A DNA stretch of 27,824 nt, filler included, from a bacterium (GTDB lineage Bacteria > UBA9089 > CG2-30-40-21 > SBAY01), in NCBI GenBank assembly GCA_040757115.1. It is 2 parts of 2 records of this genome, joined end to end, with 100 filler letters (N's around TTAATTAATTAA, not from the genome) between each part and the next. Parts side by side here need not be neighbours in the genome. Positions count along the whole stretch, not along the records: positions 1 to 13,886 come from JBFLYA010000098.1; positions 13,987 to 27,824 come from JBFLYA010000099.1. One strand, written 5' to 3'. A program made the translations under genes and the position numbers. Below are positions 7,415 through 15,048 of this stretch, piece by piece. Each line of letters starts with the position of its first letter. Position 1 is the stretch's first letter. Below the pieces are notes generated by a model. That model worked only from the letters and a program-made list of their open reading frames with translations. It was not told where the DNA came from and searched no databases.

Positions 7415-7699
7415 TTAATATACTTCATCGTGTGTTCCAATCTCAAGCAAAAGAATATCGTCTTCATCTTGCTCTTTACTCTTTACAAAATCAAATACTA
7501 TTCGCAGGTCGTATCCAACGCTACATGCCCAGGAGCCCAATAGTTTACCTTTAAGTTTATGAGTCTCCAATTGCGGAGTAAAAGGATCTTTGGTCAAAAG
7601 TTCCACGGCTTCTTTAATATCTTGCTTAAGAATTGGATGCTTTTTGATAGTTCGTTTGAATGCCCTTATAAAGGTTTTGCCCCAAATGAGTGTTCTCAT
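7415..7699 (-). CDS. type II toxin, RelE/StbE-YafQ-like mRNA interferase
   Basis: THKLKGKL.GSWACSVGYDLRIVF...LLEIGTHDEVY. Confidence 0.92.
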   Translation of the reverse strand: MRTLIWGKTFIRAFKRTIKKHPILKQDIKEAVELLTKDPFTPQLETHKLKGKLLGSWACSVGYDLRIVFDFVKSKEQDEDDILLLEIGTHDEVY

Positions 7700-7917
7700 T
7701 CGAAAAGCTCCTTCATCAGGTCATCTACACTACCACTTTTTACTTCTCCTCTAGCATATTCTTCTCTTGCTTCCCTGATGTTCTTTGCAAGTAACTCTCG
7801 TCTCTGGTCTATTAACCTATGCCGAATAATATCAATGAGGTTTTCCTGCTGATATTCAGGTAACGATTCTACAACATCTAAAGCCTCTTGTAAAATTGTA
7901 GCACTTTGACTGGACAT
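7696..7917 (-). CDS. antitoxin partner of YafQ-like toxin
   Basis: 73 aa, EAREEYARGEVKSGSVDDLMKEL, 4-bp overlap with toxin; RBS AGGGGG. Confidence 0.8.
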   Translation of the reverse strand: MSSQSATILQEALDVVESLPEYQQENLIDIIRHRLIDQRRELLAKNIREAREEYARGEVKSGSVDDLMKELFE

Positions 7918-7944
7918 TTAAAATACCCCCTTTCTTCTTGAAAA

Positions 7945-8065
7945 GCCTAACAATAAATAGGGGAAATGTCCCCCTATTTCCGTAAGCATGATTACCCATT
8001 GAGATACTGCAAAACTTTCAATCACGGCACAGTCCCCCGCCGTCCGCTGCAACGATTTGTTAGCT
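7945..8065 (-). repeat. chimeric/degenerate attC
   Basis: Normal R''/L'' arm (CACGGCACAGTCCCCCGCCGTCCGCTGCAACGATTTGTTAGC), but the other arm is replaced by GCCTAAC followed by the hairpin AAATAGGGG-AAATGTC-CCCCTATTT. Confidence 0.7.
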
Positions 8066-8079
8066 TTTATGCAACTATT

Positions 8080-8712
8080 TCATGGACAGAGTTCTATTGT
8101 GGATTTTGCATTTATAAGAACCATATCTCCTTTTCCTTTCAAGACACCATTTTCATTAATATATTCAACTTTTCCGACAAAAGCTTTGGTTGGATATAAC
8201 TTAGCTTTAAGGGTCTCCTTTGAAGTTGAAATTATTCTATACTGGGCTTCTGGATCAAAGGTATTCTTTCTTACAGGTAGAATTAACTTAATCCCTCCAT
8301 CTTTAAGTTCTAACACATCGCCATCTAAAGTACTCCGCAAAACTTCAATGGGAGGTTCAAGGGTTACTCTTCCCTCTTGATCTATTATATTTCTTATCTT
8401 GTTAACATAAATTTGAGCATTTAGGCTGTCTTTTTCCTTTTTAAAAAAAGCAACCTCGCCTATCCAATTTTCCCCTGCCCATTGCCATTCGTATCTCTCT
8501 CCAACTTTAGGCACGGGTAAATAGGAAAAGTATTTGGAGGAAAAGATTGACAAGACAATGATTGAGGCTACTAATAACAAAAAGAAAATAGAAGCATATG
8601 CAATCTTTGTCCACTTTCCTTGCTTTATGTTTCCTATTATTTGCCATAACAAACTCCCCATTGCTGGAAAAACACCAATTATGGCGGCAATGATTATTGG
8701 GTCCATTTTCAT
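8080..8712 (-). CDS. hypothetical protein, two N-terminal TM helices plus soluble domain
   Basis: 210-aa ORF, RBS AGGGGG, ends 14 bp before the attC. Confidence 0.75.
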   Translation of the reverse strand: MKMDPIIIAAIIGVFPAMGSLLWQIIGNIKQGKWTKIAYASIFFLLLVASIIVLSIFSSKYFSYLPVPKVGERYEWQWAGENWIGEVAFFKKEKDSLNAQIYVNKIRNIIDQEGRVTLEPPIEVLRSTLDGDVLELKDGGIKLILPVRKNTFDPEAQYRIISTSKETLKAKLYPTKAFVGKVEYINENGVLKGKGDMVLINAKSTIELCP

Positions 8713-8728
8713 TTCTACCCCCTTTAAT

Positions 8729-9640
8729 TTATTTAAAGTAATAAGTAAAATTTAGAATTGCTTCAGAGCTTTCAGCAGTATTTTTTCCATAAAAAGTATA
8801 ACCATATCCTAATTCGAAAGAGAATCCCTGATTTGCTCTGGTTGCTCCAAATGAACCTATATTAATAAGGAAAATCTATTTAGAATATTCTTCGTATTTC
8901 TTTTTAATAACTTCTTTTTCGGTAGGGTCTTTTGTTGAACTTGAAGTAACTTTGACCCCATCTAATATAGCTCTTAAAAAAACTTTGTTTGGTACTTTTA
9001 ACGGTAATTCTAAATTCATCTCAGCAAAATAAGGTATTTTATCTACAAATTCCCTCGCTCTTATTCTGTAGCCAATTTCTGCACCAATACTATGGAGCAA
9101 TTTATCAGTATTATCGGGACTATCGGGTGATTTGTTAAATTTTTTCCCTATTAACAAACGAGTTTCAGTTTCTCTTTCTCCATCACCAAGAGATGGTGAC
9201 TTGTTCTCATCGTAACCACTTGGAAATTTTTCTCTAAGTAATATACTTATTGTAGGATAGTATTTATCTTGATAATCATCTTCATTTAAAACTCTATATT
9301 TCAATCCTACAAAAATATCCTCAATATGTTTATTTTTAAAGGTATCAAACTCATTTTCAAATTTTGCCCATTTGTAGGGAATAGAAAATGATAAATTTAT
9401 ATTATCTAATACCCCATATTCCATTTTAAATTCTGTTCTCTGTTCATCGTACTTACCACCAAAAGGAATTTCTTCTTTCTTGCCGTTATTATCAAAGTTT
9501 TTATCTGACCAATAATATTTATAATACATTTCAGTGAAAATATCACTTTTTCCGATAGTCCACGCACCAGCGAATATATTCTTTGGTAAATATATAATTG
9601 AAAATAGAATTAATAGCTGAGTAATTGTCTTTATATGCAT
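8729..9640 (-). pseudogene. exported outer-membrane beta-barrel-like protein with one in-frame TAG (8876-8878)
   Basis: Signal peptide (..IFA-GAWT); beyond the TAG the same frame continues IFLINIGSFGATRANQGFSFELGYGYTFYGKNTAESSEAILNFTYYFK to TAA 8729, ending in a barrel-type aromatic C-terminus. Confidence 0.7.
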
Positions 9641-9667
9641 AGCTCTATCCCCACCAATATTTATTAA

Positions 9668-9799
9668 AGCTAACGACAAAGTTCAGGTGCGGCGGGAAGA
9701 ATTACCACAAAAGTTTGATAGCAAGATAAAACTTTGAGAGACCACAAAACTCTGACCACGGCACAGTCCCCCGCCGTCAACTGCAACGCAGGGTTAGAC
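9668..9799 (-). repeat. attC site (132 bp family) with tail 9800-9890
   Basis: AGCTAAC...GTTAGAC, family copy. Confidence 0.92.
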
Positions 9800-9915
9800 A
9801 AAAGCTCTGATTCGCTGTCTTTTCCTTTTCCTCTGCCTCACCAAATTATTGTGCATTCCACATTCACGGTTTGACCCTACTATCTCCCCCTAACCTATCT
9901 TATTTCCATAAATTC

Positions 9916-10239
9916 TTACGGTCTAACTCTAACTCTTTCCTCACTCCTTCTCTGAATTAAGTCATGTTCCAGCATCCTGGTAGCGTTGCGTATCTTTTCT
10001 CTCAACCAGGTATTGATTAACGACTCAGATGAAACTTTCTTTATTTTTGCTATTTCAGTAAGATTAGCCACAATATCTTCTTCAAGAGCAACCAAATACT
10101 TTCTCCTTTTGATATTTACATCAAAATGGGCTTCTGGCATTTGTTCCCAATAATTCCCCATGTCATGAATATCAAAGAAGTCAATAAGTTCATCTATAGA
10201 TCTTGAAGGTGGTAGAGTTTTTAATTTATTTTTTACCAT
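9916..10239 (-). CDS. CopG-family antitoxin (BrnT partner)
   Basis: SIDELIDFFDIHDMGNYW...LTEIAKIKKVSSESLINTWLREKI. Confidence 0.85.
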   Translation of the reverse strand: MVKNKLKTLPPSRSIDELIDFFDIHDMGNYWEQMPEAHFDVNIKRRKYLVALEEDIVANLTEIAKIKKVSSESLINTWLREKIRNATRMLEHDLIQRRSEERVRVRP

Positions 10240-10510
10240 ATTGTTTCCTCTCTTTCTTTTTCATATTTCTGGCACTCAAGATGAGTGTTTCTCTCGTCTT
10301 TTTGTAGATAAAGAGTACGGATAGGTATCTTCCACTATTAGTTTGTCCCAAAGCCAGATAAACATCTTCGCCTTTTCGCTCACCTTTTTCAACAAAACGG
10401 AATTTTGGTTTATTATTTAACACCTCTTCAACTTCATTGGGAGTAACATTGGGTTTAACTGCCAGTTTATCAACAATGTTTCTGAGCCAAATAATATCTT
10501 CTATCTTCAT
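10226..10510 (-). CDS. BrnT-family toxin
   Basis: VTPNEVEEV...YLALGQTNSGRYLSVLF...ILSARNM...ERKQY; likely start MKIEDIIW at 10510 (the ORF track starts at 10534). Confidence 0.88.
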   Translation of the reverse strand: MKIEDIIWLRNIVDKLAVKPNVTPNEVEEVLNNKPKFRFVEKGERKGEDVYLALGQTNSGRYLSVLFIYKKTRETLILSARNMKKKERKQYGKK

Positions 10511-10564
10511 CCGTTTTTTATATCCTCTTTTCATTCAGCATGTTATATCTATTATTCACAGGTA

Positions 10565-10696
10565 GGCTAACGATAAAGTTCAGGTGCGGTGGGGAGAATT
10601 ACCACAAAAGTTTGATAGCAAGATAAAACTTTGAGAGACCACAAAACTCTGACCACGGCACAGTCCCCCGCCGTCAACTGCAACGCAGGGTTAGAC
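10565..10696 (-). repeat. attC site (132 bp family) with tail 10697-10785
   Basis: GGCTAAC...GTTAGAC, family copy. Confidence 0.92.
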
Positions 10697-10785
10697 AAAA
10701 GCTCTGATTCGCTGTCTTTTCCTTTTCCTCTGCCTCACCGAATTATTGTGCATTCCACATTCACAGTTGCTCCTAATATCTCCCC

Positions 10786-10907
10786 TGAGTTCATCGGCGG
10801 CGGGGAGAATTACCACCAAACTTTGTAAGCGAGACAAAACTTTAATAAAACACAAACATTTAAAAAGCAGTTAACCCCCCGCCGTCCGCTGCAACGATTA
10901 GTTAGGA
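10786..10907 (-). repeat. truncated attC lacking its R' (GTT) box
   Basis: TGAGTTCATCGGCGGCGGGGAG...CCCCGCCGTCCGCTGCAACGATTAGTTAGGA; the initial CTAACGA of the family is replaced by the tail of the neighbouring attC. Confidence 0.8.
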
Positions 10908-10958
10908 AAAAATTCACACATACTTAATTCTGCTTTCGAGGTCTGAACCAGATATTGG

Positions 10959-11017
10959 TCCCAACGCCAAAACTCAGCGGTGGGCTACTACCCGTCCGCT
11001 GGAATGTTTTGTTAGAA
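10959..11017 (-). repeat. short attC (59 bp)
   Basis: TCCCAAC-GCCAAAACTCAGCGG-TGGG-CTACTA-CCCG-TCCGCTGGAATGTTTT-GTTAGAA. Confidence 0.8.
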
Positions 11018-11231
11018 GCTGTGTCGCTTTCGTTAAATCAAGTAAAGACCTCAATGCCTTATTTACGGCATCTGAATCTGCAAATGATTTAGCAATATCC
11101 GGCTCAAGCATTACGATATTAGCTCCTTCTGATAGAAGACGTTTGTAATACTTGCCACGAATAGCTTTTGAATAATCAAAATCATATTCGGGGCGTAACT
11201 CATCACTACTTTTTTTTTCTTTAATTTTCAT
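10974..11231 (-). CDS. BrnA-like antitoxin
   Basis: DELRPEYDFDYSKAIRGKYY...LEPDIAKSF.DSDAVNKALRSL; likely start 11231; reads into the attC. Confidence 0.8.
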   Translation of the reverse strand: MKIKEKKSSDELRPEYDFDYSKAIRGKYYKRLLSEGANIVMLEPDIAKSFADSDAVNKALRSLLDLTKATQLLTKHSSGRVVAHR

Positions 11232-11490
11232 GTCTTTTCCTTTCATGTGCGGTTGCAGTCCGCGCATTTATTATCCATATTATTTTTCCCCTCTCGGTAT
11301 GTGATACTACAAGTAGACGACTACCAGAAGAGTAACCAACAGTTATTAATCTTTCCTCGTCATTCGAATGATCTGGATCATCAAAAGTTGCTGATAAAGG
11401 ATTATAAAATACCGTCATAGCTTCTTCAAATGGCACCTTGTGTTTTTTGATGTTCTTTTTTGCTTTTTCCTTGTCCCATTCAAATTGCAT
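11221..11490 (-). CDS. BrnT-family toxin
   Basis: MQFEWDKEKAKKNIKKHKVPFEEA...DPDHS.DEER...LLVVSHTER...INAR.AT..ER. Confidence 0.93.
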   Translation of the reverse strand: MQFEWDKEKAKKNIKKHKVPFEEAMTVFYNPLSATFDDPDHSNDEERLITVGYSSGSRLLVVSHTERGKIIWIINARTATAHERKRHEN

Positions 11491-11572
11491 GTAATTAATT
11501 TATCCTATTTTTTACGCCATTTTTCCAAAACTCTTTTTTCGTATAAAACATTCCCTACTTATATCACTTTAT

Positions 11573-11601
11573 ATTATACAGCATAAAAATTTATATGTCA
11601 A
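11573..11601 (-). promoter_or_regulatory. cassette-internal sigma70 promoter of BrnTA pair
   Basis: TTGACA-17-TATAAT perfect consensus on the minus strand. Confidence 0.75.
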
Positions 11602-11628
11602 TCAAAAAATCCTCTGCACTATTCATAC

Positions 11629-11691
11629 CACTAACGGCAAAACTTACCGGCATGCGGTGTTTTGTGCGTCCAGTGGAACGCAGTGTTAGGG
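11629..11691 (-). repeat. short attC (63 bp)
   Basis: Minus strand CCCTAAC-ACTGCG-TTCCACTGGAC...CCGGTAAG-TTTTGCC-GTTAGTG. Confidence 0.75.
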
Positions 11692-11719
11692 CATATTACA
11701 GTCAGTAAACCCCTTGGAA

Positions 11720-13516
11720 TCATAGCAATTCAAACCATGTTTTGATTTTCTGTGCCATTAACTTACGTCGCTCTTCAAGGAAATCATCGTAGGGTGGAAT
11801 TGTGCCGTCCAATAAAGACTCAGGTAGGCAGCTTGCCTTCAGGTTGGCCTTCATCTCTTCAAAGTTAGTGATACCGCCATATTTTTTCTTTCCACCGCGA
11901 CACTGTTCAGCCAGTTCCTCAAAGTATGTTTCCGGTGGGTTATCGCCGATGGCGATATTGATTTCACTCTGCGCAAGTACAAAGTTAGCGATTTGATTAT
12001 AACGTCCTCGCGAAAGTCCCTGCTTTTTTAAATAGTTCCTGGGATAGATGTGGTGTACGTCGCTACGGTTGAGCAGCAGGTCGAGCACAGTAATATCACG
12101 AGACAAAAAACCTTTATCGCCGAGTTTTACCTGCGCTGCTTGAAAACATAGGAAGTAAGGACTGTTTGATGAGGATGTGTCCATAATTTGAGGAAGCATT
12201 CCTGTCCAGAAGCTGTCTGGGAGCTCATTCTCAACGACAGAAGCAGCATAAGTCGTCAGCCCGCGATTTTCAATTTGGCGTATATCAAAATCAAAGGCTG
12301 TCTCAGGACTAGCGGCATAACGTCCGCGTAGTAGTGACATGGCATACCATCGCCGCACCAAACGTTCAAGATCAGCTGCAGGGATGCCTTCCGTCCGACC
12401 ACGCAGGTAAAGTATATACGCAAAGTTGACGGCATTACGTCCTCCAATCAAATCACTGGTCACGAATCCCGCTGAACGCAAGATCATCGTGATACGATCG
12501 AAGTGGGTTTTGTTGACAAACGAGAGAATACCCTTTTTTAGTTTTCCGAATGACGCCTCAACAATTGACTCTTCAAATTGTTTAGTCTCGAAGTTACGGC
12601 CTGATAGTAGCGCTACCAAATCCTGGAGCTTTCCTCTGCCAAATTCAGACGTAAAAGCCACACGCAACATATCGGTGTAAGTTGGATCGTATATGTCGTC
12701 GTTGACATCTTTGAGCCAGCGCATTTGTGGCAGGAATTCAGAATCCGCAAACGCTTTATCGTTCTTTTCAATGTTTGACAAGAATTCTGGTGCGACAGCC
12801 AAATGGCAGAAATAGTCGATTGCCTTGCGCAAAAGGTTTCCGCCGTAAATCTCGTTGACGGCAATTTTTGACATAGCAAAGTCGGCTTGCGAAAGCTCTG
12901 CACCTGCTGAGGTTACGCGGATAAATATTTCTGTGACGGTTTCAATATCAAGATCTTCGGCAAGATCGATTACGCCGACGTGGTTGTTGATGATCTTGCG
13001 AAGCTTCTCGATGCTGGCAAAAATAGCATCCTGTGATACGCCAGGATTGGCAGCGCAGTAATTACCAACAAGTTGGAACAGGCTGGTAGAGGGTGCAAAT
13101 ACATCCGCCACATCGTGAATCCACGATGCGTCTTTGCGTATAGCCGGATTTGCGACTTCAAACCGTTCTTCTTGCGGATGAAAAGCAATACGGATTTGGA
13201 CGGTTTCGTAATCTTTAGTTAGAACATCGCGGCCTAACAATGCCGCCATGAGTGCCGTTACTCGTTGTTGACCATCAATAAGGATGCGCTTCCCAATGGA
13301 TGATGTGCCATCCTTAAGTTTTACAGTCGGATTTCGCCAGGCTATCAAATACCCAACAGGGTATCCTTGATAAAGTGAATCGAGGAGGTTGCGAACTTTT
13401 GTTGCCTCCCACACAAATGGCCGCTGGATCTCTGGGATCGCGATTTCCCCAGACTTGACCCATGTAAGCAGAGTTTCGATTGGATGGGGAGTTACCGAAT
13501 AGCGTTGTGTACTCAA
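11720..13516 (-). CDS. GmrSD-like type IV restriction endonuclease (DUF262 + DUF1524/HNH)
   Basis: [17 protein letters not shown] and EIFIRV DUF262 motifs; C-terminal DVHHIYP...NQIANF...N HNH-like motif; TTG start with AGGAGG. Confidence 0.88.
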   Translation of the reverse strand: MSTQRYSVTPHPIETLLTWVKSGEIAIPEIQRPFVWEATKVRNLLDSLYQGYPVGYLIAWRNPTVKLKDGTSSIGKRILIDGQQRVTALMAALLGRDVLTKDYETVQIRIAFHPQEERFEVANPAIRKDASWIHDVADVFAPSTSLFQLVGNYCAANPGVSQDAIFASIEKLRKIINNHVGVIDLAEDLDIETVTEIFIRVTSAGAELSQADFAMSKIAVNEIYGGNLLRKAIDYFCHLAVAPEFLSNIEKNDKAFADSEFLPQMRWLKDVNDDIYDPTYTDMLRVAFTSEFGRGKLQDLVALLSGRNFETKQFEESIVEASFGKLKKGILSFVNKTHFDRITMILRSAGFVTSDLIGGRNAVNFAYILYLRGRTEGIPAADLERLVRRWYAMSLLRGRYAASPETAFDFDIRQIENRGLTTYAASVVENELPDSFWTGMLPQIMDTSSSNSPYFLCFQAAQVKLGDKGFLSRDITVLDLLLNRSDVHHIYPRNYLKKQGLSRGRYNQIANFVLAQSEINIAIGDNPPETYFEELAEQCRGGKKKYGGITNFEEMKANLKASCLPESLLDGTIPPYDDFLEERRKLMAQKIKTWFELL

Positions 13517-13557
13517 TTCAATAATCCTCCTTTTTGTGGTAAGTAGATGGTTGAAGC

Positions 13558-13689
13558 CCCTAACGATAAAGTTCAGGTGCGGCGGGGAGGATTACCACAA
13601 AAGTTTGATAGCAAGATAAAACTTTGAGAGACCACAAAACTCTGACCACGGCACAGTCCCCCGCCGTCAACTGCAACGCAGGGTTAGAC
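13558..13689 (-). repeat. attC site (132 bp family) with tail 13690-13778 and hairpin 13790-13863
   Basis: CCCTAAC...GTTAGAC; 13558-13868 nearly duplicates 1471-1782. Confidence 0.92.
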
Positions 13690-13886
13690 AAAAGCTTTGA
13701 TTCGCTGTCTTTTCCTTTTCCTCTGCCTCACCGAATTATTGTGCATTCCACATTCACGGTTGACCCTAAAATATCTCCTTTTTATTTTCTCACACAAAGC
13801 CACAAAGAACACAAAGGTTTATTGTTTTATTCAATTCCTTTGTGACTTTGTGTCTCTGTGTGATTATTTATTTCTCCATTGACTAT

Positions 13887-13986
13887 NNNNNNNNNNNNNN
13901 NNNNNNNNNNNNNNNNNNNNNNNNNNNNNNTTAATTAATTAANNNNNNNNNNNNNNNNNNNNNNNNNNNNNNNNNNNNNNNNNNNN
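13887..13986. other. artificial contig linker
   Basis: 44 N + TTAATTAATTAA (stops in all six frames) + 44 N = 100 bp. Confidence 0.97.
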
Positions 13987-14194
13987 TAGAAATTGATTGT
14001 GGAAAACAACAAATTTCCATAAATTTCTATTAGTTTCTATTAATTTCAATTTTTTTAATAATATCTCCCTATCTCCTTAATCTCCACATCTCCTTTTGTT
14101 ACACCACCTGAACACTTACTAATATTTAATATTTATTTGTTGTCTCCCCCAAATCCTATTTTGCAGAACCCTATGTTCCTATTTAACAATACCC

Positions 14195-14743
14195 TCAAGA
14201 GCCAAAAAATTCCTGGAATCTCTGGTAAGAAAGAGTTTCTTTCCCTATCAATCTTTCTATATTCTTTTTAATATAATCAGTATCAATAGTTGTTTGAATC
14301 TCTTTTATTCCGGCAATGTCTTTTCTATCATATTCTCTATCAGAGAGAAGTTTCAAAATGATTACATCTTCACAAGTAGCAAATCTTATCTCTTTATCAT
14401 ATAAAGAAAAACACCTTGCCCTTCTTATTACCTCTCTAAAATAAGGAAGAACTGGGAGAATGATATCTATCCTTACATCTTTATAATAAACTTCAGAGAG
14501 ATAGCCTTGGGTTAGTTCCTTCAAAAGATGGTCTTTATCAAAACTAAATCCACTTTTTTTCAAACTTTCTAAGAATTTAGGTATCTTTATCTTTTCTATC
14601 TCTATTAGTACATCTATATCGTATGTGGCACGAGGTAAGCTATATATCCCTGAAGCTAAAGCGCCTATAATAACATACCCAATAGATTCATCTTCCAAAA
14701 CAGAGATAAATTTTATCAATCCTTCTTCAAATACATTTTTCAT
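14195..14743 (-). CDS. nucleotidyltransferase-family protein
   Basis: YVIIGALAS..Y..PRATYDIDVLI and EDVIILKLLSDR..DRKDI motifs. Confidence 0.8.
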   Translation of the reverse strand: MKNVFEEGLIKFISVLEDESIGYVIIGALASGIYSLPRATYDIDVLIEIEKIKIPKFLESLKKSGFSFDKDHLLKELTQGYLSEVYYKDVRIDIILPVLPYFREVIRRARCFSLYDKEIRFATCEDVIILKLLSDREYDRKDIAGIKEIQTTIDTDYIKKNIERLIGKETLSYQRFQEFFGS

Positions 14744-14979
14744 TTCTTTGTCCGCTGGTTATTTATAAAGGCTTGGAAAGATTTTTTCTTTTCTTCCTTT
14801 TCTTTTTGGTAGAGCCTTAGTTTTTTATCTTTTTCTTTTATCTCCAGGAGACTATTAGATACCGAATAGAGTTCAATGATTGATTTAAGCTTCTGGCAAG
14901 GAGGTATTCTCTTTATCTCCTCTATTTCCTCTTTTCTCTTTTTGTGAAATATATCTTTCAAATCAGTGATTTCTTTCAT
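14740..14979 (-). CDS. small basic hypothetical protein, coupled to the nucleotidyltransferase
   Basis: 79 aa, 4-bp overlap. Confidence 0.6.
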   Translation of the reverse strand: MKEITDLKDIFHKKRKEEIEEIKRIPPCQKLKSIIELYSVSNSLLEIKEKDKKLRLYQKEKEEKKKSFQAFINNQRTKK

Positions 14980-15048
14980 CTTTTTATCTATTATTTTCCT
15001 AAAATTAGTAGTCAGTAGAGAGTAGTTAGTAGGTTGGTAGCTGCAGTT

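Larger units (their letters stand above)
1..13886 (-). mobile_element. Integron gene-cassette array (integrase not in window)
   Basis: 15 attC-type imperfect palindromes (RYYTAAC...GTTRRRY-like on the minus strand) separating 1-2-gene units that are all on the minus strand; several stop codons abut or overlap the R'' box. Confidence 0.93.

Noticed and set aside
8876-8878. Genome-wide TAG reassignment
   Set aside because: Other genes (260-553, 3613-3849) end at TAG right at their cassette or family-length boundary.
9921-9927. GTTAGAC (minus strand) in the end of the CopG antitoxin gene as another recombination site
   Set aside because: It is a single 7-mer within a GAGTTA micro-repeat with no partner box, so it could be chance.
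10631-10828. Plus-strand ORFs overlapping the repeat (also 212-631, 5160-5423, 6055-6267, 6387-6728, 13624-13845, 13697-13882)
   Set aside because: They are translations of attC/tail sequence or antisense shadows of real genes; similar peptides recur only because the DNA repeat recurs.
570-13778. CRISPR array interpretation of the recurring repeat
   Set aside because: Repeats are 130-220 bp and separated by whole genes, with attC box structure; no cas genes are present.
1-13886. Calling the array a CALIN (integrase-less)
   Set aside because: The upstream end, where intI/attI would lie, runs into the contig break, so absence of intI cannot be concluded.
13887-13986. TTAATTAATTAA palindrome as a biological site, and linkage between the two halves
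   Set aside because: It is centred in a symmetric N run totalling 100 bp, a synthetic six-frame-stop spacer; adjacency across it is not evidence.
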